Positions 18,119 through 25,142 of a DNA stretch of 64,000 bases are shown here, in pieces. The stretch comes from Verrucomicrobiota bacterium. GTDB taxonomy: Bacteria; Verrucomicrobiota; Verrucomicrobiia; Limisphaerales; JACPZS01. Every line of letters begins with the position of its first letter. Position 1 is the stretch's first letter. The translations under genes were made by a program, and so were the position numbers. The DNA is taken from assembly GCA_016195385.1 (NCBI GenBank), contig JACPZS010000034.1:5885-69884 (forward strand). Reading direction: 5' to 3'. The notes under the pieces are model-generated. The model made no database searches and was not told the DNA's origin. It saw only the letters and a list, made by a program, of their open reading frames with translations.

Positions 18119-18450
18119 GTTCGAGAATTGTTGATCGGCACAGTGCCTCCCTTCCCGCGCACTTCGTCGTTTCGGCAAACATCTGCACCAGCTTGTAATG
18201 ATAGATGGCCGCTCCGTCTCGGGTGACTAGCTTTTGTCCGGCACCCGCCGCAGGAGCGCTTGCAGGAAACCTACCCTTTACGGCTTCTTGATCGAACCGG
18301 GCTGACCGCCGCGCCAAGGTCTGCGACCAATGCCGTTCGTTGCCGCGGGAATTCACCGAATACGGCAAGAAAATAGGGCTTGCATGTCTAAAAGCTTGCA
18401 TTAGCTTCCCTCCGCTTCTTAGCAACTCAACCATTTCTGGAGTCTTAAAT

Positions 18451-18891
18451 ATGCAGCGTCACTTTTTTACATGGCTGTTCTTGATTGTCCTCGCGCCCAG
18501 CGTCGTATCAGCGATGAGTTTGCGCGAATCGCTGGCGATGTTCGAATCCGGCGCACGGCAGCCGCAACGCTGCGCTGCCGACCGCGTGCGCGGCAGCAGC
18601 GGCGAAGTAAGCCGGTTTCAAATCATGCCGGAGGTCTGGCGTCGCTATACCCGCTCGCGCGATTACGAAAATCCTGACGTCGCCTGGGCGGTGGCGGAAC
18701 GCATTCTCCAGGACCGCCGGCAATGGTTCCTCGCGGCCACCAACCGCGAGCCAAGCGCCCTGGAACTATACCTTTTGTGGAACAAGCCCGGACACTTCAA
18801 CGCCGCTCACTTCTCATCGCAACGCGTGCATCCACACTTCAAAGAACGCGCCGAGCGCTTTGCGAACCTCGTTCGCGTGAATTCCGCTTGA
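18451..18891 (+). CDS. SLT-domain lytic transglycosylase-like protein (secreted)
   Basis: From the ATG at 18451 it has the signal peptide 'MQRHFFTWLFLIVLAPSVVSA'. The candidate catalytic 'FESG' (the E-S motif) is followed by 'GEVSRFQIMPEVW', which resembles GLMQ(I/L)MP, and 'LYLLWNKPG', which resembles AYNAG. Confidence 0.55.
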   Translation: MQRHFFTWLFLIVLAPSVVSAMSLRESLAMFESGARQPQRCAADRVRGSSGEVSRFQIMPEVWRRYTRSRDYENPDVAWAVAERILQDRRQWFLAATNREPSALELYLLWNKPGHFNAAHFSSQRVHPHFKERAERFANLVRVNSA

Positions 18892-19016
18892 GCGTTGGCA
18901 CAAACCACCTCCGTGTTTCACGAACAACGTTGCGATCCCGATTCGATTCGGGAGCGATATTACGCTGACTTCCGGCTTGCCGCGGTTTCGGCGTTATCCA
19001 CAAATTGCCGCGCGCA

Positions 19017-20177
19017 ATGACCAACGACCCATCTCCGACCAAATCCAGCAGCATCCGCCGGCGGTTGCGTGTCTTGATCATCCCTGACAAATTCAAAGGC
19101 ACGCTCACTGCGCGCCAAGCCGCCGCCGCCATCACGCGCGGCTGGAAGCAAATTCGGCGGGGCGATCAACTCGAGACGGTGGCGATGAGCGACGGTGGCG
19201 ATGGTTTCGGCGAAACATTGAGCGAGTTGCTCGGAGCAAAAAAACAGACGCTCGTTACCGTCGATGCGGCGCATCGTCCAGTGCGCGCCAACTGGTGGTG
19301 GGAGTCGAGCAGCCGCACTGCGATCATCGAATCCGCGCGTGTCGTCGGCTTGGCGCAATTGCCGTCCGGAAAATTTCATCCCTTCGAATTGGACACCTTC
19401 GGACTCGGCGCCGTCTTGCGGGCGGCTGCCCGGAAACACGCGCGATGCTGCTTCGTCGGCATCGGCGGCAGCGCCACGAACGACGGCGGGTTCGGGCTGG
19501 CGCGCTCGCTCGGTTGGAAATTTTTCGGACCGAACCACCGGCCGCTCGAGCACTGGACAGAGCTGGATGAGTTGCAAAAAATTGAACGCCCGGTGGCGCC
19601 TTTCGCGGCCGGCGAAATCATCGTCGCTGTTGATGTGCAGAATCCTTTGCTCGGGCGGTTGGGGGCGACGCGCATTTACGGACCGCAAAAAGGCATCCGG
19701 CCGCAGGATGTCGTGAAGGCCGAGGCTTGCCTGGGCCGGCTTGCCGCCGTTTGCAAAAAACATTTCCGCGACTACACCGCGAAAGAGCCGGGTACCGGGG
19801 CGGCGGGTGGACTTGGCTTTGGGCTGCGCTGTTTCCTCGACGCTCAACTGCGACCGGGATTTGAACTTTTTTCCGGGCACGCCGAGTTGGAACAACGATT
19901 AAACAATATCGATCTCGTCATCACCGGCGAAGGGGCGATCGACAAATCAAGCTTGATGGGCAAAGGCGTCGGTCAAATCGCGGCGCTCTGCCGGGCACGG
20001 CGAATTCCCTGTCTCGGATTGGCGGGCGTGGTCAAGGACGCCCGGCTCGCACGGCGGCATTTTGAAATGATGCTCGGTCTCACGCCTGAGCTAACCACTG
20101 AAGCCGAGGCGAAGAAAAATCCCGCGCATTGGCTGGCGCGCGCGGCGGCTGCCCTGGCGCGGAAATGGTCGGCTTAG
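19017..20177 (+). CDS. glycerate kinase
   Basis: It has the family N-terminus 'RVLIIPDKFKGTLTARQAAAAITRGW', then 'SDGGDGFGE' and the C-terminal 'DLVITGEGAIDKSSLMGKGVGQIA'. I preferred the ATG at 19017 over the TTG at 19005. Confidence 0.85.
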   Translation: MTNDPSPTKSSSIRRRLRVLIIPDKFKGTLTARQAAAAITRGWKQIRRGDQLETVAMSDGGDGFGETLSELLGAKKQTLVTVDAAHRPVRANWWWESSSRTAIIESARVVGLAQLPSGKFHPFELDTFGLGAVLRAAARKHARCCFVGIGGSATNDGGFGLARSLGWKFFGPNHRPLEHWTELDELQKIERPVAPFAAGEIIVAVDVQNPLLGRLGATRIYGPQKGIRPQDVVKAEACLGRLAAVCKKHFRDYTAKEPGTGAAGGLGFGLRCFLDAQLRPGFELFSGHAELEQRLNNIDLVITGEGAIDKSSLMGKGVGQIAALCRARRIPCLGLAGVVKDARLARRHFEMMLGLTPELTTEAEAKKNPAHWLARAAAALARKWSA

Positions 20178-20312
20178 TCCGCGCTCCGAAGAAGGCTGCC
20201 GCGCGTCCGTTTCCGGTGCTACTTTCGCCAAATCAAAATTCGAGTTCAAGCGAAGGCCGGGGCGGGACATTTTGCAGTTCAACCTTCACTGAGTGCGCCG
20301 TAAGCTGAACGT

Positions 20313-20876
20313 GTGAACGAGATCACCCGCCTACTCAGCGCCGCCGAATCTGGCGATCCCAAGGCCGCCGGAGAATTGTTGCCGCTCGTTTACACCGAAC
20401 TACGCCAGCTCGCCGCGCACAAAATGGCCGGCGAAATGCCGGGTCAGACGCTCCAGCCGACGGCCCTCGTTCACGAAGCCTGGCTGCGTCTGACGGGCGA
20501 TGACGCCGCAAAATTTCAGAATCGCTCTCACTTTTTCGCCGCCGCCGCCGAAGCCATGCGCCGCGTGCTCATCGACAACGCCCGCCGCAAACAATCCCAA
20601 AAGCGCGGCACAGGTCGCGAGCGCGTGGATCTCGACGACGTGGATATCGCCGCCCACGCGGACGACACGACGCTTCTGCTCATCGACGACGCCCTCGCGA
20701 AACTCGCCCGCGAAGATCCGCCGTCGGCCGAACTCGTGAAGTTGCGCTTCTTCGCCGGCCTCACCAACGAACAAGCGGCGCAGGCGCTCGGCATTTCGGA
20801 GCGCACGGCCAAGCGTTACTGGACATTTGCCCGCGCCTGGCTTTACGCCGAACTGCGGCGCGAGTTGGATGACTGA
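20313..20876 (+). CDS. ECF sigma factor, TIGR02999/Sigma70_ECF (kinase-associated) type
   Basis: It uses a GTG start. The diagnostic N-terminus is 'ITRLLSAAESGDPKAAGELLPLVYTELRQLAAHKM...QTLQPTALVHEAWLRL'. Region 4 reads 'VKLRFFAGLTNEQAAQALGISERTAKRYW'. Confidence 0.85.
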   Translation: MNEITRLLSAAESGDPKAAGELLPLVYTELRQLAAHKMAGEMPGQTLQPTALVHEAWLRLTGDDAAKFQNRSHFFAAAAEAMRRVLIDNARRKQSQKRGTGRERVDLDDVDIAAHADDTTLLLIDDALAKLAREDPPSAELVKLRFFAGLTNEQAAQALGISERTAKRYWTFARAWLYAELRRELDD

Positions 20877-20900
20877 TTCAATTCGTCTGAAACCCGATAG

Positions 20901-20971
20901 CCGAAACTCATAAACTCAGAAAATGCCACCGACGTGCCACATCATTTATTTTTTGAGTTTATGAGTTTTGG
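20901..20971 (+). other. long AU-rich RNA hairpin (23-bp stem, 25-nt loop) between the sigma and kinase genes
   Basis: CCGAAACTCATAAACTCAGAAAA (20901-20923) pairs with TTTTTTGAGTTTATGAGTTTTGG (20949-20971). The only non-Watson-Crick positions are two G.T pairs, which are G.U in a plus-strand RNA but C.A mismatches in a minus-strand RNA. Confidence 0.55.
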
Positions 20972-21068
20972 CTTCAATTGGCTGGGCAAACAAAAAAATG
21001 TCCAAGCCCTGGCCCTTTTCGCGCGCCGATTACGCATGTATGAATGAAACCCGAAACCGGTTTCGCCT

Positions 21069-24000
21069 ATGAACGAGCAAAACAAATCACTGCGAACCAT
21101 CTTCAACGAAGCGGCTGAGCTCGCCGACGCTGCCCGACGCGCCGAATATCTTCAACGCGCTTGCGGCACCGACGCCGATCTTCGGCGCAAACTCGAGGAC
21201 TTGCTTTCCGCGCACAGCGACGCCGGAGGGTTTCTCGGCGACGGTGGCGCGACTACCGTCCTCGCGCCCACGCCGATCACCGAACGTGCCGGCGACCGCA
21301 TCGGCCGCTACAAATTGCTCCAACAAATTGGCGAAGGCGGTTGCGGCGTTGTTTACATGGCCGAACAGGAGGAACCGATCCGCCGCCGCGTCGCGCTCAA
21401 GGTCATCAAGCTCGGCATGGACACCAAGAGCGTCATCGCCCGCTTCGAGGCCGAACGCCAGGCGCTCGCCTTGATGGACCATCCGAACATCGCCAAAGTG
21501 TTCGACGGCGGCGCGACCGACGCGGGCCGTCCGTTCTTTGTCATGGAACTCGTGCGTGGTGTGCGCATCACGGATTATTGCGACGAGGCGAAACTTTCCA
21601 CCCGCGAGCGGCTCGATCTCTTTATCAAAGTTTGTCAGGCGATTCAGCACGCGCATCAAAAGGGCATCATCCACCGCGACATCAAACCGTCGAACATCCT
21701 CGTCACGGTCAACGACGGCGTGGCCGTGCCCAAGGTGATCGACTTCGGCATCGCCAAGGCCACCGAAGCGCGGCTGACGGACAAGACGCTCTTCACGCAA
21801 TTCGAGGCGCTCATCGGCACGCCCGCCTACATGAGTCCGGAGCAGGCCGTGATGACGAGCCTGGACATCGACACGCGCAGTGACATCTACAGCCTGGGCG
21901 TGCTGCTCTACGAAATGCTCACCGGCAAAACACCGTTCGACGCGAAGGAGCTCCTGGCTTCTGGAATCGATGAAATGCGCCGCACGATTCGGGAGCAGGA
22001 ACCGGTGCGGCCTTCGACGCGGTTGAGCACGATGCTGGAGGGCGAACTGACGACCACGGCCAAGCACCGTCAATCCGAAGCGCTGAAGTTGATCAACCTG
22101 CTGCGCGGCGACGTGGACTGGATCGTGATGAAGTGCCTGGAGAAAGATCGCGCCCGGCGCTACGACACGGCCAACGGGCTCGCGAGTGACATTCAACGAC
22201 ACCTCAATAACGAAGCCGTCCTCGCCCGTCCACCGAGTGCGGCGTATCGGTTCCAGAAACTGGTTCGAAGGAACAAGCTCGCCTTCGCGGCAGCGACTGC
22301 TGTGGCAGCCGCATTGGTGATCGGCTTGGGGGCAGCCACCGTAATGTTCTTTCGCGAGCGCATGGCCCGGAAGGGTGAGCAGCAACAACGAGTCGAGGCT
22401 CAGTCGGCACAAAAAGTTGCCGAGACCGCGCAGCAGCATGCCGACACCCAGGCGCGCAAGACCTCCGAAAGTCAGGAGCAATCGCGGCGGTTGCTCTACG
22501 CGTCGGACATGAACCTCGCCCAGCAGTCGCTGAAGCTGAATAATCTCGGCCGGGCGCGCCGGTTGCTGGAACGGCATCGGCCGCAGCCCGGCGCGGAAGA
22601 CCTTCGTGGTTGGGAGTGGCGTTACCTCTGGCAACTGACCCGCAGCAGCGCCCTCGTCACTCTCACCAACCGGCCAACACGCGGATTCAATGTCAGCTTT
22701 TCCCCGGATGGCAGCCGCCTGGCCGTGGGTTGGTGGGACGGCCACGTGGACTTGTGGGATACGCCGGGTCGGCGATTCGTTAGGTCGCTAACGGACCGTG
22801 AGTATCTCCACAAGGGACGGGTGGCCTTCTCTCCGATTCGCAATCTTCTGGCGGCCACCTCCGAACCCAAGGTGGTTTCCCTGTATGACCTCGACTCCGG
22901 CCGTGAATCGACCCTCTGGCGGGCACCCGACCAAGGCGAGTGGCACGTCCGTGACCTGGCGTTTTCGCAGGATGGTTCCAAGGTGGTCATCTACGCCGGA
23001 TCACCCCCAAATTACATCGTCAGACTAACACCCGAACTGGGTGCCGCAGTCTGGGTGGTGAATGTGTCTTCCGCCACGATCGAAAGCCGCCACGCGACAT
23101 TTGGCAGCTATTCCCATGAGGAAGGAGGTGCCCGGCTATCCCCCGACAACCGTCGTCTGTATCTGGCCCGCTCTGAATTTCCAAATTACCGCTACAGCAT
23201 CCAGTGCGTTGACCTCAGCACCGGTCGGGAACTCTGGCAGACTGAGCCGCAACGGGACCAAGGGCTGACCGCGCTGGACATCTCGCCCGACGGGCGCGTG
23301 CTGGCTTCAGGCTCGGGATTTGAAGATCCCACGATCCACGTCTGGGAGGCCGCGACCGGCCGGCTCCTCGTTCGGCTCGACGGACACACCGGTTGGGTTT
23401 CCGATCTGACGTTCACCAGAGACGGACGGCGCTTGGTCTCAGCGGCGAGTGATCAATCCATCCGCTTTTGGGATACGAACACATGGGCTGAGACGCGCGT
23501 GCTTCACGGCCATACCGACGAGGTTCATGCCATTGCGATCTCGGAGCGCGCACAACTCGTCGCCAGCGCAGGCAAGGACGGGAATCTCATGTTGTGGAAG
23601 GAAGATGGCAAGAGCGTCATGGATGGATACAGCCGTCTGCCAGAAAACCTCCTGCTCGATGAGGTTCTGCCGCTGGACCGCTCACGCGTGTTGTTGCTGC
23701 CGCCGGGCAAACCGCCCGAGTTGGTCGATCTCAAACGCGACTCTCCCTCGGTGTCGCTGCCTCAGATTGGAACCTCCACCGATGTCCTGGGCTGGTTTGG
23801 CACCAACATTCTTTGCCACTGGAACGGAACCAACCAGATCCTTGTCCGCGAGTTGCGCGGCGCGGAGTTCATTCAGCGCGGGGCCATCACGTTGACTTCC
23901 GGCACGCGCCCGTCCGGGTTTGCCTACAGCGTCACGCGCCAGTTCCTGGCATGGAGCGAAGGGACGTCCTTGGCGTCGGTTTACCTGGCGAGCCTTGAGG

Positions 24001-24686
24001 TACCCGGTCGTCGAATCGAACTGACAAGCGATGTTCCCGGTCTCAGCCCTTACCGCTTCAGTGAAGATGGAAATCACCTGGCGGCCAGGACCAAGGGGAA
24101 AGAGATGATGAGGGTCTGGAACATCGCATCCGGGCAGATCGTGACGTCCATCGGCGAGCGCGTCGATCATGCAGTCTTTGCTGCCGCCGGGCAGGTGCTG
24201 GTCGCGGAAATCTGGCTAGGCAACGACCATGAAATCCGATTCTACGATTTGACCCACCCCGATCGGTCGCCCCGGCGTGTTCCCGGGAAAGAAATGTCCG
24301 TGTCGCTTGCGGTTTCGCCCGATGGCCGACTGGTGGCTTCGTCCACCTTGGGCGCGCTGGTGCGGCTGTTTGATCCCACCAAGGGCGAGTGGATCGAAGA
24401 CCTCCGCGGCCACCTGAACAATGCCGACTGCGTCGCCTTCTCCCCGGATGGGCGACGGTTGATTTCCAGCTCGATTGGGCGGGAGGCTGTCAAGCTCTGG
24501 GATATCGGGACGCGGCAGGAGCTGCTGACCTTGAGTGGCGCCGGTTCAGGTTTAGATGCCGCCAGTTGGAGTAACGATGGGGACATGATCCTCGCCGGCG
24601 CGCCCTGGCAAGCGTGGCGCGCGCCGTCGTGGGAGGAAATCGCCGCCGCCGAGGCGAAGGAGAAAATGGAGAACAAGCAGCCATGA
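21069..24686 (+). CDS. Ser/Thr protein kinase with transmembrane segment and C-terminal WD40 beta-propeller repeats
   Basis: The Hanks kinase motifs are 'GEGGCGVVY', 'VALKVIK', 'HRDIKPSNIL', 'DFGIAK' and 'GTPAYMSPEQ'. A TM reads 'AAATAVAAALVIGLGAATVMFF'. There are multiple WD40 units, for example 'GHTGWVSDLTFTRDGRRLVSAASDQSIRFWD'. Confidence 0.9.
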   Translation: MNEQNKSLRTIFNEAAELADAARRAEYLQRACGTDADLRRKLEDLLSAHSDAGGFLGDGGATTVLAPTPITERAGDRIGRYKLLQQIGEGGCGVVYMAEQEEPIRRRVALKVIKLGMDTKSVIARFEAERQALALMDHPNIAKVFDGGATDAGRPFFVMELVRGVRITDYCDEAKLSTRERLDLFIKVCQAIQHAHQKGIIHRDIKPSNILVTVNDGVAVPKVIDFGIAKATEARLTDKTLFTQFEALIGTPAYMSPEQAVMTSLDIDTRSDIYSLGVLLYEMLTGKTPFDAKELLASGIDEMRRTIREQEPVRPSTRLSTMLEGELTTTAKHRQSEALKLINLLRGDVDWIVMKCLEKDRARRYDTANGLASDIQRHLNNEAVLARPPSAAYRFQKLVRRNKLAFAAATAVAAALVIGLGAATVMFFRERMARKGEQQQRVEAQSAQKVAETAQQHADTQARKTSESQEQSRRLLYASDMNLAQQSLKLNNLGRARRLLERHRPQPGAEDLRGWEWRYLWQLTRSSALVTLTNRPTRGFNVSFSPDGSRLAVGWWDGHVDLWDTPGRRFVRSLTDREYLHKGRVAFSPIRNLLAATSEPKVVSLYDLDSGRESTLWRAPDQGEWHVRDLAFSQDGSKVVIYAGSPPNYIVRLTPELGAAVWVVNVSSATIESRHATFGSYSHEEGGARLSPDNRRLYLARSEFPNYRYSIQCVDLSTGRELWQTEPQRDQGLTALDISPDGRVLASGSGFEDPTIHVWEAATGRLLVRLDGHTGWVSDLTFTRDGRRLVSAASDQSIRFWDTNTWAETRVLHGHTDEVHAIAISERAQLVASAGKDGNLMLWKEDGKSVMDGYSRLPENLLLDEVLPLDRSRVLLLPPGKPPELVDLKRDSPSVSLPQIGTSTDVLGWFGTNILCHWNGTNQILVRELRGAEFIQRGAITLTSGTRPSGFAYSVTRQFLAWSEGTSLASVYLASLEVPGRRIELTSDVPGLSPYRFSEDGNHLAARTKGKEMMRVWNIASGQIVTSIGERVDHAVFAAAGQVLVAEIWLGNDHEIRFYDLTHPDRSPRRVPGKEMSVSLAVSPDGRLVASSTLGALVRLFDPTKGEWIEDLRGHLNNADCVAFSPDGRRLISSSIGREAVKLWDIGTRQELLTLSGAGSGLDAASWSNDGDMILAGAPWQAWRAPSWEEIAAAEAKEKMENKQP

Positions 24687-24770
24687 ACCCAAGACGGGAA
24701 GAACTGTTGTTTCCGCTGGCGCTGACAGAGATTGCGGCACCGTCAAATTGCGAGATGACTTCGCTGCCAT

Positions 24771-24896
24771 CCAAAGCGGCGACTTCCCCGAAACTCTGTC
24801 GCCGCAGTCCAAAACCTCGCGGCAATTCGTGGCGCGTTCGCCACGGCACCAGCGTCTTGGAGTGCGGTGACGGAGTCTGCGAAGTCACCGCTTTGG
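24771..24896. repeat. about 125-bp imperfect palindromic, multi-hairpin intergenic element (REP-like)
   Basis: There are three local hairpins: GCGGCGAC/GTCGCCGC (24776-24805), CGTGGCG/CGCCACG (24828-24845) and GCGGTGAC/GTCACCGC (24864-24891). The outer arms, ccaaagcggCgac and gtcAccgctttgg, also pair. It lies 85 nt after the kinase stop. Confidence 0.5.
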
Positions 24897-25142
24897 CTGC
24901 GCACGATCTCACTTCACTCAAGACAGCCAAGAGTCTTGAAGCGAATTCGGACGAGAAACAATTTCCCATGAAACGCGCAGTGTAAAAAAACAAATCCCTG
25001 TCGGCAGTTAAATCCTGATTGAAAGAGGCTGAAAACCTCAACGCATGAAGTGTCGTTTGAAACCGTGAATCTTCGCTGCCTACAGCAGCGGCCAAACAAA
25101 AACCAGGCGCTCGCCGCTTGAAAAAACAGAAAAGAAAAACCA

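Noticed and set aside
18096-18434. A 112-aa minus-strand ORF in the spacer between cassette B and the SLT-like gene, and a 118-aa plus-strand ORF at 12131-12487.
   Set aside because: Neither has recognisable motifs. The first overlaps the end of the 434-aa gene and the SLT promoter region. The second is antisense to a signal-peptide-bearing ORF (12224-12574), which is the more plausible gene.
20888-21054. The idea that the long hairpin is a MITE flanked by the 10-nt direct repeat TGAAACCCGA acting as a target-site duplication.
   Set aside because: The direct repeats do not abut the inverted-repeat arms; the right copy lies 73 nt beyond the stem. The 147-bp segment between them has no terminal inverted repeats. 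The G.U asymmetry fits an RNA structure better.
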